A DNA stretch of 64,000 bases from Deltaproteobacteria bacterium GWA2_38_16 (lineage in GTDB: Bacteria > Bdellovibrionota > JACOXK01 > 2-02-FULL-40-11). Position numbers and translations under genes: made by a program. The stretch is taken from assembly GCA_001797335.1 (NCBI GenBank), contig MGPE01000011.1:12079-76078 (forward strand). The letters are read 5' to 3'. The stretch's first letter is position 1; each line of letters starts with the position of its first letter. Below the pieces are notes generated by a model. That model was not told the DNA's origin. It saw only the letters and a program-made list of their open reading frames with translations, and did not search any database. Positions 19,495 to 30,465 of this stretch are shown piece by piece.

Positions 19495-20584
19495 AGCGGC
19501 CATCAAAGCTCTTTTGGTTCTTGAAAATGGCAGCGTATTTGAAGGATTTTCTTTTGGTTCTCTAGGAGAAAGAACCGGAGAAATTGTTTTTAATACCGCC
19601 ATGACGGGCTATCAAGAAATCATTACCGACCCATCTTATAAAGGCCAAATGGTTGTAATGACGTATCCTCAAATTGGGAATACCGGTATTAATCACTTTG
19701 ATGATGAATCTGATTCCATTCATATCGAGGGGCTTATTGTTAAAGACTATTGCGATACTCCTTCAAGTTGGCGATCTGAAAAAAACCTGCACCATTTTTT
19801 ACAAGAATTTAATGTTCCTGGAATTTTTGGGATCGATACTCGCCAGCTCACCCGCATTTTAAGAACGGAGGGATCACTTCGAGGGATACTGTCTACTCAA
19901 GATTTAAATCCCAATCAACTTCTTGCCAAAGCCAAAAATATTCCTCTCATGACTGGACAAAATTTAGCATCGAAAGTAACCACCTCTAAAATTCATGAAT
20001 TTAAAGAACGCCCTGCTACCCTTAAACACCATGTGGTTGCCTTTGACTTTGGAATTAAAACTTCTATTTTAAAAAAATTAGTCCTTTGTGGTTCTCGGGT
20101 CACGGTTGTCCCCAGCCATACCACAGCCCAAGACGTTTTAGATCTCAATCCAGATGGCATTTTCTTATCTAATGGTCCAGGAGATCCTGCGGCCGTAACA
20201 GAAATGATCCCTACATTAAAAAGTCTCATTGGCATAAAACCCATTTTTGGAATTTGTCTGGGACATCAAATTTTAGCCCTTGCCTTGGGAGGAAAAACGC
20301 ACAAACTTAAATTTGGGCATCACGGAGCCAACCATCCCGTTCGAAATGAAAAAACAAAAGCTATTGAGATTACCTCTCAAAATCATAATTTTGTTGTCGA
20401 CATTAGTGCCATTCATAAAACCGTTCAGGTTACCCATATAAATTTAAACGATCACACGGTAGAAGGCTTTGAAGATTTAGATCGGAAACTTTTTTCTGTC
20501 CAATATCATCCAGAAAGCTCTCCTGGCCCTCATGATTCCTATTATTTATTTGATCAATTTACAAAGCTCATGGAGGCACAGTGA
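19472..20584 (+). CDS. carA: Carbamoyl-phosphate synthase small (glutaminase) subunit
   Basis: ALLVLENGSVFEGFSFG N-terminus, GICLGHQ catalytic Cys, and HPE near the C-terminus. TTG 19472 has GGAGG 5 nt upstream. The alternative is ATG 19442, which overlaps pyrC by 53 nt. Confidence 0.9.
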   Translation: MSTHTKTKAAIKALLVLENGSVFEGFSFGSLGERTGEIVFNTAMTGYQEIITDPSYKGQMVVMTYPQIGNTGINHFDDESDSIHIEGLIVKDYCDTPSSWRSEKNLHHFLQEFNVPGIFGIDTRQLTRILRTEGSLRGILSTQDLNPNQLLAKAKNIPLMTGQNLASKVTTSKIHEFKERPATLKHHVVAFDFGIKTSILKKLVLCGSRVTVVPSHTTAQDVLDLNPDGIFLSNGPGDPAAVTEMIPTLKSLIGIKPIFGICLGHQILALALGGKTHKLKFGHHGANHPVRNEKTKAIEITSQNHNFVVDISAIHKTVQVTHINLNDHTVEGFEDLDRKLFSVQYHPESSPGPHDSYYLFDQFTKLMEAQ

Positions 20585-21231
20585 TTACGTTTGATGAATA
20601 TTTAAGCCGTATCATTGATACATATACCACCAAAGAATATGAGCATGAACTCATTCGCGCCAAAAAAGATTTTTTTGGTTTTATTGGTACCGTTCATGAA
20701 GAAGATTCTTTTTTTGAAACCTATATGACTGCTTTTATTGAATGGTATATTTTTGATCGCGATATGACTGATAAAGATCTTCCTCCTGTGCGCCTCTATT
20801 ACCGATATAATTTTAAAAATTTTACTGAAGAAGATCAAAAAATCTATAACGACTTTACCAAATTTAGACATTCGTTGTTTGTTGCTAAAAAAGTCACTGC
20901 TTCTACACTCGTGATTCATAATCTTTATGAAGATAAAAAAATATCTATTGAAAATACCTTTCCCACCGCTGGATTTAATGTGGGAGATATTTTTGATGCC
21001 ATTTTAGTTCCCTTCCAGGGACAATGGGCTTTTACCAAAACTTTTTTCTTCCACCCTCAAGAAGTAAAATCTTTTATTATTAAAGAAGTTAAAAAAACAA
21101 GAAATCTGGAACTAAACGTATTGCTTAAAGTCATTATGAGATTACGGCGCTTAAGACTTAAAATGGATCGATACCCTTATGTTTCCCCTTCCCAAATCTA
21201 TACTCCAGAGGAGTTTAATCGCAGTGCCTAA
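20581..21231 (+). CDS. Hypothetical protein (216 aa) inserted between carA and carB
   Basis: GTG start overlaps the carA stop (GTGA). Its TAA overlaps the carB GTG (GTGCCTAA). The protein is soluble with no motif I recognise. Confidence 0.6.
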   Translation: MITFDEYLSRIIDTYTTKEYEHELIRAKKDFFGFIGTVHEEDSFFETYMTAFIEWYIFDRDMTDKDLPPVRLYYRYNFKNFTEEDQKIYNDFTKFRHSLFVAKKVTASTLVIHNLYEDKKISIENTFPTAGFNVGDIFDAILVPFQGQWAFTKTFFFHPQEVKSFIIKEVKKTRNLELNVLLKVIMRLRRLRLKMDRYPYVSPSQIYTPEEFNRSA

Positions 21232-24200
21232 AAGAACCGATATCCAAAAAATTTTAATTCTTGGAGCCGGACCTATTGTGATTGGACAAGCGTGTGAATT
21301 TGATTATTCCGGCACCCAAGCCTGTAAAGCTTTAAAAGAAGAAGGCTATGAAATTATTCTCATGAATTCTAATCCTGCCACCATTATGACCGACCCAGAA
21401 TTTGCAGATAAAACCTATATTGAACCTCTGACCCCTTTTTTCGTTGAAAAAGTCATTGAAAAAGAAAAACCGCATGCCCTTCTTCCCACGCTCGGAGGAC
21501 AAACGGCCCTAAATTTAGCCAAGACGCTGGCTGAAAACGGAATTCTTCAAAAGCATGGCGTAGAACTCATCGGGGCTAAACTTTCTTCTATTCAAAAAGC
21601 AGAGGATCGAGAACTGTTTAAAGAAGCCATGATTGAAATCGGCCTAGAGGTTCCTAAAAGTTCTGTCGTTTCTTCTCTTTCTGAGGCTTTATCTGTCATC
21701 CAATGGGTTGGATATCCTGCCATTATTCGACCTTCATATACGCTGGGAGGACAAGGCGGAAACATCGCCTATAACTTAGAAGAATTTAGAGAAGCCATTG
21801 ATTGGGGATTAAATTCAAGCCCTATTCATGAAGTCCTCATAGAGCAATCCGTTTTAGGATGGAAAGAATTTGAACTCGAAGTAATGAGAGATTTAAAAGA
21901 TAATGTTGTCATTATCTGCTCCATTGAAAATTTTGATCCCATGGGCATTCACACAGGAGATAGTATTACGGTAGCTCCCATCCAAACCTTAACCGATAAA
22001 GAATATCAACTCATGAGAGAGTCAGCGAAAAAAATTATTCGAAAAATGGGCGTAGATACGGGAGGCTCTAACATTCAATTTTCCGTACATCCTAAAACCG
22101 GAAAACAACTCGTCATTGAAATGAATCCAAGAGTTTCTAGAAGTTCTGCATTGGCTTCCAAAGCCACCGGGTTTCCGATTGCTAAAATCGCCGCTAAACT
22201 TGCCGTAGGATATACGCTGGATGAAATTCAAAATGATATTACGAAAGAAACCCCTGCTTCTTTTGAACCCACACTAGATTATGTGGTTACCAAAATCCCT
22301 CGCTTTGCTTTTGAAAAATTTCCTCAATCTGATACAGCACTCACTACTCAAATGAAATCGGTGGGAGAAGTGATGTCTATAGGAAGAACGTTTAAAGAAT
22401 CTTTGCAAAAAGCCATTTGCTCTTTAGAAACAAACCATTTTGGATTTACCTCTCCCAAAGATGCTTCTTTTAGCACAATCGTTAATCAACTTAAAAAACC
22501 AAATGCCGAAAGACTCTTATATATTGGAGAATCTCTGAGGCGTGGATTTACCATAGACCAAATATATGAACTGACCCAGATTGATCCATGGTTTTTAAGG
22601 CACATCCAAGAAATTATTGAATCTGAAAAAGAAGTAAAAGACATAAAACAGGCTAAATCTCTTGGATTCTCGGATTACAGGCTGGGGGTTTTGACCCAAA
22701 CGTCTGAAGAGCAGATTCGAAAGTTACGGAAAGAACAAAACATTACGCCTCAATTTAAAACCGTCGATACCTGTGCAGCAGAATTTGAAGCCCACACCCC
22801 CTATTTTTATTCTACCTACGATGGAGAAGATGAAACAATGAGATCCTTCGCTTCGCTCAGGATGACATCACCAAAAAAGAAAATGATGATCTTGGGTGGT
22901 GGCCCTAATCGTATTGGTCAAGGCATTGAATTTGATTATTGTTGTGTTCATGCAAGCCTTGCCCTCCGAGAAGATGGATTTGAAACCATTATGGTCAACT
23001 GCAATCCAGAAACGGTCAGTACCGATTACGATATTTCTGATAAACTTTATTTTGAACCTCTCACGATTGAAAATATTTTGGCCATTTGTGAAAAAGAAAA
23101 ACCCCAGGGAGTGATTGTTCAATTTGGTGGACAAACTCCTCTTAAACTCTGTAAAGCCTTGGAATATGCCGGTGTTCCCATTATTGGAACCCAACCCTCC
23201 TCTATTCATTTAGCTGAAGACCGGGAAGAATTTTCAAAACTCATTCAAAAACTCAATTTAAAACAGCCTCCGTATTGCATTGCGAGAAATCTTGAGCAAG
23301 CCCGAGAGGTATCCAGAAAATTGGGATATCCTGTCTTGGTTCGTCCCTCATATGTTTTAGGGGGGCGCGCTATGGAAATCGTCTATGATGATGACGCCTT
23401 AGAAAAATTTGTTTTAAAAGCTTTAGAAATTTCAGATCAAAATCAACCCATTCTTCTTGATAAATTTTTAAAAAATGCTCAAGAAATTGATGTCGATGCT
23501 ATTTGTGACGGAAAAGATGTTTTTATTGGTGGCATTATGGAGCATATTGAAGAAGCCGGCATCCATTCAGGAGATAGTACGTGTTCCATTCCTTCCTATA
23601 CTCTAAGCCCAGCTCAACTCGATGAACTTCGGGAACACACCCAAAAAATAGCTTTTGCATTAAATGTCCGTGGACTCATGAATGTTCAATATGCCATTCA
23701 AAATGGGGATATTTATGTTTTAGAAGTAAATCCCAGGGCTTCCAGAACTGTTCCTTTTGCCTCGAAAGCCACAGGTGCCCCCTTGGCAAAAATTGCCGCC
23801 CGAGTCATGGCGGGAAAAACATTAAAAGAACTGGGATACACAAAAGAAATCATCCCCAAAAAAGTCTCTGTCAAAGAAGTGGTATTCCCCTTTATCCGGT
23901 TTCCAGGATGCGATGTGCTTTTAGGCCCCGAAATGAGATCTACAGGAGAAGTGATGGGTTCTCACGAAACTTTTGCCTTAGCTTTTGCTAAAGCGTATAT
24001 CGCTACCGGCTCTGAGCTTCCTTTAAAGGGCACCGCTTTTATCAGCGTAAAAGACGAAGATAAAGAGCGCGTATTTCCTTTAGCCAAAAAATTAAGCGAC
24101 CTTGGATTTAAACTGATGGCCACAGGAGGGACCCATCAATTCTTAAGAGATAAGGGGGTCTTAAGTACCCGCGTTAAAAAAGTATTGGAAGGCCGCCCTA

Positions 24201-24424
24201 ATGTGGTTGATAATCTTAAAAATAATGAAATCGATTTAGTCATCAATACAACCTCTGGCGCCAAAGAAATTTCAGACTCTTATTCCATCCGTCGCACTGC
24301 TCTTCTTAAAAATATCCCCTACTTTACCGTACTTTCTGCAGCCAAAGTCGCCATGGATGCTATTGAGCATCTTCAACAATATCCCTTAACCGTAGAATCC
24401 CTCCAAGAGCGCCTGTCATCGTAG
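21224..24424 (+). CDS. carB: Carbamoyl-phosphate synthase large subunit
   Basis: (M)[32 protein letters not shown], duplicated ATP-grasp halves, and a C-terminal MGS-like domain. GTG 21224 was chosen on N-terminal homology. Confidence 0.97.
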   Translation: MPKRTDIQKILILGAGPIVIGQACEFDYSGTQACKALKEEGYEIILMNSNPATIMTDPEFADKTYIEPLTPFFVEKVIEKEKPHALLPTLGGQTALNLAKTLAENGILQKHGVELIGAKLSSIQKAEDRELFKEAMIEIGLEVPKSSVVSSLSEALSVIQWVGYPAIIRPSYTLGGQGGNIAYNLEEFREAIDWGLNSSPIHEVLIEQSVLGWKEFELEVMRDLKDNVVIICSIENFDPMGIHTGDSITVAPIQTLTDKEYQLMRESAKKIIRKMGVDTGGSNIQFSVHPKTGKQLVIEMNPRVSRSSALASKATGFPIAKIAAKLAVGYTLDEIQNDITKETPASFEPTLDYVVTKIPRFAFEKFPQSDTALTTQMKSVGEVMSIGRTFKESLQKAICSLETNHFGFTSPKDASFSTIVNQLKKPNAERLLYIGESLRRGFTIDQIYELTQIDPWFLRHIQEIIESEKEVKDIKQAKSLGFSDYRLGVLTQTSEEQIRKLRKEQNITPQFKTVDTCAAEFEAHTPYFYSTYDGEDETMRSFASLRMTSPKKKMMILGGGPNRIGQGIEFDYCCVHASLALREDGFETIMVNCNPETVSTDYDISDKLYFEPLTIENILAICEKEKPQGVIVQFGGQTPLKLCKALEYAGVPIIGTQPSSIHLAEDREEFSKLIQKLNLKQPPYCIARNLEQAREVSRKLGYPVLVRPSYVLGGRAMEIVYDDDALEKFVLKALEISDQNQPILLDKFLKNAQEIDVDAICDGKDVFIGGIMEHIEEAGIHSGDSTCSIPSYTLSPAQLDELREHTQKIAFALNVRGLMNVQYAIQNGDIYVLEVNPRASRTVPFASKATGAPLAKIAARVMAGKTLKELGYTKEIIPKKVSVKEVVFPFIRFPGCDVLLGPEMRSTGEVMGSHETFALAFAKAYIATGSELPLKGTAFISVKDEDKERVFPLAKKLSDLGFKLMATGGTHQFLRDKGVLSTRVKKVLEGRPNVVDNLKNNEIDLVINTTSGAKEISDSYSIRRTALLKNIPYFTVLSAAKVAMDAIEHLQQYPLTVESLQERLSS

Positions 24425-24440
24425 TGGGTAGTGGTTTTTT

Positions 24441-24469
24441 CTTGACGCTTATATCTTCTCTGACTAGAC
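24441..24469 (+). promoter_or_regulatory. Candidate sigma70-type promoter for the sugar ABC / glucoamylase operon
   Basis: TTGACG (24441-24446), a 17-nt spacer, then TAGACT (24464-24469), about 34 nt upstream of the ATG. Pattern match only. Confidence 0.3.
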
Positions 24470-24502
24470 TTCTTTAAGTTTATTACAATAGGAGGTTTTG
24501 TT

Positions 24503-25495
24503 ATGAAGAAGGTATCGTTACTTATCCTTTCCTTGGTATGTATTCCTTTAACTCTCAGTGCCCTTCCTAAAAAAGTAAAAATAGGATTTATCTTAAGCAC
24601 GATGCAAGAAGAGCGGTATCAAAAAGATAAAACTATTTTTGAAGAAACTGCCAAATCCCTGGGAGCCGATGTTATTTTCGAATCCTGCAACAACAATGAA
24701 CAAACTCAATCGGCCAAAGTAGAAAATCTATTGTCTCAAGGAGTCCAAGCTCTGGTTATTCAACCGGTTAATAGCGATGCAGCTGGATCATTTGTAAATC
24801 TGGCACATGACGATAAAATTCCTGTTATTGCCTATGATCGCATTATCAAAAATGCCGATCTTGATTTTTACGTCACCCAAGATTCTTTTAAAGTGGGCGT
24901 ACTTCAAGCCGAAGCCGCTGTAAAAGCCACGCATGGCAAAGGAAATTATGTGGTTCTGATGGGACAATCCGGACATTCGGTCGCTCAAGAAATTACCAAC
25001 GGAAATTTAAGTGTCTTAAACAAATATCCCAACATTAAAGTTGTGGTCCAACAAAGTCATGCCAGTTGGTCCCCTTCAGAATCCATGGCAACTGTTGAAA
25101 ATGCTTTGACTAAATATAAAAATAAAATCGATGCTATTTTGGCTAATAATAGTGGAATGGCTCATGGCGCAGTTCAAGCCCTTAAAGAGCAAAATCTTTT
25201 GGGTAAAGTATTTGTGGCAGGAGCCGATGCTGATCTTTCGGCCATTCGAAATATCGTTTCAGGTCATCAACAATTTGAAGTATTAAAAGCCATTAAACCG
25301 TTGGCCGAAGCAGCGGCACGAACCGCTGTTCAATTAGCCAAAAATGAACCTCCAAAATTTGATGAGCTCATTTCAAATGGAAAAACAAAAGTAAAAACAA
25401 TCAATACTCCTGTATATCCTGTCACCAAAGAGAATATTAAAACTCAAATTATAGATACGGGTTTTCACTCAGCCAAAGACATATATCAAAAATAA
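24503..25495 (+). CDS. CUT2-family sugar ABC transporter substrate-binding protein (XylF/ChvE-like)
   Basis: Signal peptide. KIGFILSTMQEERYQKDKTIFEETAKSLGADVIFESCNNNEQTQSAKVENLLSQGVQALVIQP...VIAYDR is collinear with E. coli XylF. RBS is AGGAGG. Confidence 0.88.
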   Translation: MKKVSLLILSLVCIPLTLSALPKKVKIGFILSTMQEERYQKDKTIFEETAKSLGADVIFESCNNNEQTQSAKVENLLSQGVQALVIQPVNSDAAGSFVNLAHDDKIPVIAYDRIIKNADLDFYVTQDSFKVGVLQAEAAVKATHGKGNYVVLMGQSGHSVAQEITNGNLSVLNKYPNIKVVVQQSHASWSPSESMATVENALTKYKNKIDAILANNSGMAHGAVQALKEQNLLGKVFVAGADADLSAIRNIVSGHQQFEVLKAIKPLAEAAARTAVQLAKNEPPKFDELISNGKTKVKTINTPVYPVTKENIKTQIIDTGFHSAKDIYQK

Positions 25496-25515
25496 AAGCC
25501 GTTAGGGAAATCAAG

Positions 25516-27048
25516 ATGGTCGCTCACCCTCTCTTAAGCGTCTCGAATGTTTCAAAATCATTCGGTTCTGTTTCTGTTTTGCACTCTATTACCTTCGAAG
25601 CCCACGCTGGAGAAATCATTGCTTTGGTTGGTGAAAATGGCGCAGGCAAATCAACGCTCATGAAAATTTTAAGTGGTGTATGGCCTCAGGGAAGTTTTAC
25701 AGGGTCTCTTGCGATCTTGGGAGAACCTGTTTTTTTCTCTTCTACCAAATCAGCGCAAAAAAAAGGAATTTCTATTATTCATCAAGAGCTTCATCTTATT
25801 CCTGAACTTTCAATTGCAGAAAATATTTTTCTCGGAAAAGAACCTCATCGTCTTGGAATCATTGATAAAGAAGCGCTTCATCAGTCCACACAAAAAATCT
25901 TACAAGAACTCGATATCTCTCTTTCTCCGACCATTCCGGTTAAATATTTGAGTGTCGGCGAAAAACAAATGATTGAAATTGCAAAAGCCTTAAGTCATAA
26001 AACACAAATTCTCATTTTAGACGAGCCTACTTCAGCCCTAACAGATAAAGAAATTAAAAAACTTTTTTTAGTGCTCAAAAAATTAAAATCGGAAGGGGTT
26101 TTGTGCCTTTATATTTCTCATAAACTTGAAGAAGTATTTGAAATATCTGATAAAATTTTTGTTTTAAGAGATGGAAAACTCGTGGCTCAAAAAATAACAA
26201 CGTCCGCCACCTCTACCCAGATCATTACAGACATGGTGGGACGAGAAATTTCTGAAATGTATCCCCCCCGCACCCCTTCTTTTGGAAAAACAGTTTTAGA
26301 AGTATCGCATTTAACGTGCCGTACCGATAGAGGGAAAAAAATCTTAAACGATATCTCTTTTTCAGTGAGAGAAGGTGAAATCTTAGGATTTTCAGGACTC
26401 ATGGGTGCTGGTCGGTCAGAACTTATCAATACCCTTTTTGGAGCAACAGATTTTGACCTCTTTGGAAATATTTTCTTACAGGGAAAAGAATTTAAGCCCT
26501 CTTCTCCAAGGCACGCCATTGAATCGGGTTTGTCTCTATTAACCGAAGATCGAAAGTTTTCTGGCATTATTCCCCAACGTTCTGTCAGAGATAATATGAC
26601 TTTGGCCTCGCTCCATCACTATTCACATAAAAAAATTATTAATCTTCCCAAAGAAAAAGAAATTGTTAAAAATTTTGTTCAACAATTTAAAATTAAAACA
26701 CAAAGCCTTCGGACAGACATGACTCACCTAAGTGGAGGCAATCAACAAAAAGTACTTTTGGCCCGATGGCTTCTCACCAAACCTAAAGTATTATTTTTGG
26801 ATGAACCCACCCGAGGCGTAGATGTCGGTGCTAAAGTTGAAATTTATACGCTGATGAATGAACTGGCTCGGAATGGAGTAGCTATTCTTCTCATTTCTTC
26901 TGATTTACCAGAAGTTCTTAAAATGTCAGACACCATAGCTATTTTAAACCAAGGATGCCTCACCGGAATTTTACCCTCTTGTGAAGCTTCTCAAGAAAAA
27001 GTAATGCATCTTGCCACTACCAAGGCAACCACGAGGATTGCCGCATGA
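25516..27048 (+). CDS. Sugar ABC transporter ATP-binding protein (fused double ATPase, XylG/RbsA-like)
   Basis: 510 aa. Walker A GENGAGKST, signatures LSVGEKQ and LSGGNQQK, and two Walker B sites (LILDEPT, LFLDEPT). Confidence 0.92.
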   Translation: MVAHPLLSVSNVSKSFGSVSVLHSITFEAHAGEIIALVGENGAGKSTLMKILSGVWPQGSFTGSLAILGEPVFFSSTKSAQKKGISIIHQELHLIPELSIAENIFLGKEPHRLGIIDKEALHQSTQKILQELDISLSPTIPVKYLSVGEKQMIEIAKALSHKTQILILDEPTSALTDKEIKKLFLVLKKLKSEGVLCLYISHKLEEVFEISDKIFVLRDGKLVAQKITTSATSTQIITDMVGREISEMYPPRTPSFGKTVLEVSHLTCRTDRGKKILNDISFSVREGEILGFSGLMGAGRSELINTLFGATDFDLFGNIFLQGKEFKPSSPRHAIESGLSLLTEDRKFSGIIPQRSVRDNMTLASLHHYSHKKIINLPKEKEIVKNFVQQFKIKTQSLRTDMTHLSGGNQQKVLLARWLLTKPKVLFLDEPTRGVDVGAKVEIYTLMNELARNGVAILLISSDLPEVLKMSDTIAILNQGCLTGILPSCEASQEKVMHLATTKATTRIAA

Positions 27049-28151
27049 AGTTTGAGTGGAAAAAATATACCACTCTTTTAGCCCTGGTGGGGCTTGCCAT
27101 TCTTTTAACCTTTTTAACCGATGGCATTTTTATTACCCCTAGAAATTTAACCAATTTAGCCAGGCAAGTTTCGATTAATGGCATTTTAGCCATTGGAATG
27201 ACGTTTGTTATTTTAATTGCTGGCATTGATTTATCTGTGGGATCCGTCGTGGCTCTCACAGGAATTGTCATTGGCCTTTCACAAGTCAATTGGGGATTTT
27301 CCGAGATGGGAATTTTAGGAACGCTTTTATCCTGTGCATTAGCCATTGTGGCAGGAATCTTGTGCGGTCTTTTTAATGCCTACTGGATTACAAAACAAAA
27401 TATCACCTCCTTTATTACCACCCTTGGCATGATGGTCATTGCTCGGGGGCTAGCCCTTATTTTTTCAAACGGAATTGCCATTGCCCCGATGAGCCCAGAG
27501 TTTCAATCCGTTGGGAATGGCTATATTTCTCCCATCGTCTCTCTCATCATCATGGGAGGGTTTTTATGTATCCCCGCTTTCGCTGAGATAACAAAAACAA
27601 AAACTGGGAAAATTTCTATTTCTGCTCTTTTTAATATTTCGCTCATTCTAGGATTAACGTACATATTTTTTAATTATAAGGGTATTCCTATCCCCGTTCT
27701 TCTCTTAGCATTGGTCGCGCTCGGAGCAAATTTTGTTTTAAATCGAATGACCATTGGCCGGTATATTTATGCACTCGGAGGCAATGCTGAAGCCAGTCGC
27801 CTTTCCGGCGTTCCCACTCAAAAAGTAATGTTTTTTGTCTATGTGTTAATGGGAGCTTTATCGGGTTTAAGCGGGATTATTTTAACTTCTCGTTTAAATG
27901 GCGCTATGCCCACGGCTGGAAATTTATTTGAACTCGATGCTATTGCCGCTGTGGTGATTGGAGGAACAAGCCTCATGGGAGGCATTGGAACCATTACGGG
28001 TTCTATTTTAGGAGCCTTTATTATTGGAACTCTTAATAACGGCATGAGTCTTATGAATATTCCTACTTTTTATCAAATGGTTATTAAAGGAGCGATTATT
28101 ATTCTTGCAGTATTTTTTGATTCAAACACCAAAAAACAATCTTCCACATGA
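27045..28151 (+). CDS. Sugar ABC transporter permease (XylH/RbsC-like)
   Basis: 368 aa and polytopic. AGIDLSVGSV and GGTSLMGGIGTI motifs of CUT2 permeases. ATGA overlap with the ATPase stop. Confidence 0.9.
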   Translation: MKFEWKKYTTLLALVGLAILLTFLTDGIFITPRNLTNLARQVSINGILAIGMTFVILIAGIDLSVGSVVALTGIVIGLSQVNWGFSEMGILGTLLSCALAIVAGILCGLFNAYWITKQNITSFITTLGMMVIARGLALIFSNGIAIAPMSPEFQSVGNGYISPIVSLIIMGGFLCIPAFAEITKTKTGKISISALFNISLILGLTYIFFNYKGIPIPVLLLALVALGANFVLNRMTIGRYIYALGGNAEASRLSGVPTQKVMFFVYVLMGALSGLSGIILTSRLNGAMPTAGNLFELDAIAAVVIGGTSLMGGIGTITGSILGAFIIGTLNNGMSLMNIPTFYQMVIKGAIIILAVFFDSNTKKQSST

Positions 28152-30406
28152 TGAAACTTATTCTACTCATTCTATGTATTCTATGTTCGGCGGTACATGC
28201 CGGCGAAGCACCTGGAAAACCCGGCCAACCCCCTCATTGGGCCTCTGCTCAAAAAATTGCTGTAGGAACTTCATATGAAGCCTATGATTTAGATGGCAAT
28301 TACTCTCCTCTCTCAGAAACAGCTCCTATTTCAAAAGTATGGTTTACGATTGCTCAAGGAATTTTAACTGAAACCTATTTTCCAACCATTGACGCCGCCC
28401 AAACCCAATCTACAGAGCTTTTAATTTCCGATGGAAAAACATTTATTGAAGAAGAAAAAAATGGCATTCACTCCATCGAGCGATTAGATGACGAAGCTCC
28501 TCTTTTTCGAGTCACAACTCAAGATCATGAAGGGCGCTATACGCTCATTAAAGATTTTTTTACGCATCCTGAAAGCCAGCATATATTTATTCAATATAGC
28601 ATCCTTCCCAAAATCCCTGGCCTTCACTTTTATTTAGCACATAACCCCAGAGCCAATAACAGTGGCTACCACGACACGGGTCTTATTGAAGACAACCAAT
28701 GGATTGCGCATGAAAAAAATTATTACCAAGTAATAAGCACTTCTCTGCCACTTACTTCTTCAGTGGGTTTTGTAGGAACTTCCGATGGACAAACAGAATT
28801 GTCACAAAAATTTTCATTCACCCCTTCTTATGACAAAGCCAAAGAAGGACACATCCGATTTGTCGGTGAAATTCCTCTTTCAAAAACTACTTCACCCACC
28901 TCTTTTACCATTGTCCTGGGATTTGGATTTTCAAAAGAAGAAGTCATTCAAAAAACAAAAGAGGCTCTTTCCCAAAACAGTGACGCTCTTAAAAAACAAT
29001 ATGTCCAAGAATGGCATTCTTATTTTAATAAACTCTTAAATTTAAGCTCTTTATCTCATGATCAAGGACAGGAATTTTATACCTCTACACTTCTCCTCAA
29101 AAGCCATGAAGATAAGACCTATCCGGGTGCCATTGTGGCCTCTCTCTCCGTTCCCTGGGGAGATCAAAACAGTGAAAATTCTTTTTTAAAAAATTTATTT
29201 TTGTACGCCGAAGATCGGGGTACCGGAGGCTATCATTTGGTATGGCCCAGGGATCTTTTCCAAACAGCCAGAGCTTTGATGAGTCTTCATGATTTTGAAA
29301 CAGCTAAAAATTGTTTAAAATTTTTAAAAAGGATTCAACATACTCAAGAAGACGGTCTGTGGTCCTTTGACGAAAGAAACCTCTCTAAAAAAGGATCCTT
29401 CCCTCAATCCACATGGGTAGATGGCACTTCTTTTTGGCAAGGGCTCCAAATGGACGAGGTGTCTTTCCCCATTATTTTAGCCTGGCATTTGTGGCAAGCA
29501 GGAGAAATTGCCATCAGTGACTATTGGCCCATGATCGAACAAGCAGCCAATTTTATTACCCAATTTGGTCCTTGGACATCTCAAGAACGATGGGAAGAAA
29601 ATTATGGCATTTCTCCGTCGACCGTAGCCGCAGAAATTTCAGCTCTCGTATGCGCAGCCGATTTTGCCGAAGCTAAAGGAGCCCAAGAAGAATCTAGAAT
29701 TTGGCTTCAAACCGCAGATCAGTGGAGTTTAACTCCGGGTAATAATATTGAAGCCTGGACCTTTACCACTTCTGGTCTGTGGGGCAATGGGCGGTACTAT
29801 CTTCGTTTAGACGGAGCCAGTCGTTTTTCTGCCAGTGATCCCGATTATTTAGCGGTTTGGGACCCTAATGATAATAAAAATATTTTTCTAGCCAATTTTA
29901 GTGGCACCTATCTTGAAAAAGAAATTATTGATGGAGGTTTTCTGGAATTGGTTCGCTATGGCGTCAGATCTCCTACCAATGAATTCATTTTAGACTCTCT
30001 TGCTGAATTAGATGAAAAAATAAAAGTCATAACCCCTCAAGGCCCCGCCTGGTATCGCTATCTCTATGATGGATATGGAGAAGAAGGCCGAGGCAGGCTT
30101 TGGACATTTTTAACGGGAGAGCGTGCCCAATATGAATTGGCACTACAACTTAAACGCAAAGCCAATCCCAAAGTTATCATCAATACTCTGGATCAGTATA
30201 TTAAAACTCTGGAAGGCTTTTCAAATGAAGGATATTTATTTTCAGAACAACTCTGGGATAAAGACACTCTTTTAGGGCATCCGACAGGCTCTGCCACGCC
30301 TCTTCTTTGGACCCATGCAGAGTACTTAAAACTTCTTCGCGCAAAGGCGGATCAAAAACCCTTTGAGCTTATCCCCATCGTCTATCAAAGATATAAAGAT
30401 TACTAA
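28148..30406 (+). CDS. Exported GH15 glucoamylase (glucan 1,4-alpha-glucosidase / glucodextranase-like)
   Basis: Signal peptide. N-terminal beta-sandwich domain followed by an (alpha/alpha)6 domain with HLVWPRDLFQTA and QERWEENYGISPSTVAAEISAL motifs. ATGA overlap with the permease stop. Confidence 0.87.
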   Translation: MMKLILLILCILCSAVHAGEAPGKPGQPPHWASAQKIAVGTSYEAYDLDGNYSPLSETAPISKVWFTIAQGILTETYFPTIDAAQTQSTELLISDGKTFIEEEKNGIHSIERLDDEAPLFRVTTQDHEGRYTLIKDFFTHPESQHIFIQYSILPKIPGLHFYLAHNPRANNSGYHDTGLIEDNQWIAHEKNYYQVISTSLPLTSSVGFVGTSDGQTELSQKFSFTPSYDKAKEGHIRFVGEIPLSKTTSPTSFTIVLGFGFSKEEVIQKTKEALSQNSDALKKQYVQEWHSYFNKLLNLSSLSHDQGQEFYTSTLLLKSHEDKTYPGAIVASLSVPWGDQNSENSFLKNLFLYAEDRGTGGYHLVWPRDLFQTARALMSLHDFETAKNCLKFLKRIQHTQEDGLWSFDERNLSKKGSFPQSTWVDGTSFWQGLQMDEVSFPIILAWHLWQAGEIAISDYWPMIEQAANFITQFGPWTSQERWEENYGISPSTVAAEISALVCAADFAEAKGAQEESRIWLQTADQWSLTPGNNIEAWTFTTSGLWGNGRYYLRLDGASRFSASDPDYLAVWDPNDNKNIFLANFSGTYLEKEIIDGGFLELVRYGVRSPTNEFILDSLAELDEKIKVITPQGPAWYRYLYDGYGEEGRGRLWTFLTGERAQYELALQLKRKANPKVIINTLDQYIKTLEGFSNEGYLFSEQLWDKDTLLGHPTGSATPLLWTHAEYLKLLRAKADQKPFELIPIVYQRYKDY

Positions 30407-30451
30407 TTCTAAATAATCTCTTAAGAAATATTTAAGAGATTATTTAGAATT
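30405..30451. terminator. Perfect 20-bp inverted repeat (7-nt loop) between convergent genes; likely a bidirectional terminator
   Basis: AATTCTAAATAATCTCTTAA (30405-30424), loop GAAATAT, then TTAAGAGATTATTTAGAATT (30432-30451). It starts inside the glucoamylase stop codon and is followed by T-rich sequence. Confidence 0.5.
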
Positions 30452-30465
30452 TTATAATACAGTTA

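Noticed and set aside
24503-28151. Naming the ABC transporter genes xylF, xylG and xylH.
   Set aside because: The similarity to XylFGH is clear, but the operon partner is a glucoamylase, so substrate specificity is uncertain. Gene symbols were left empty.
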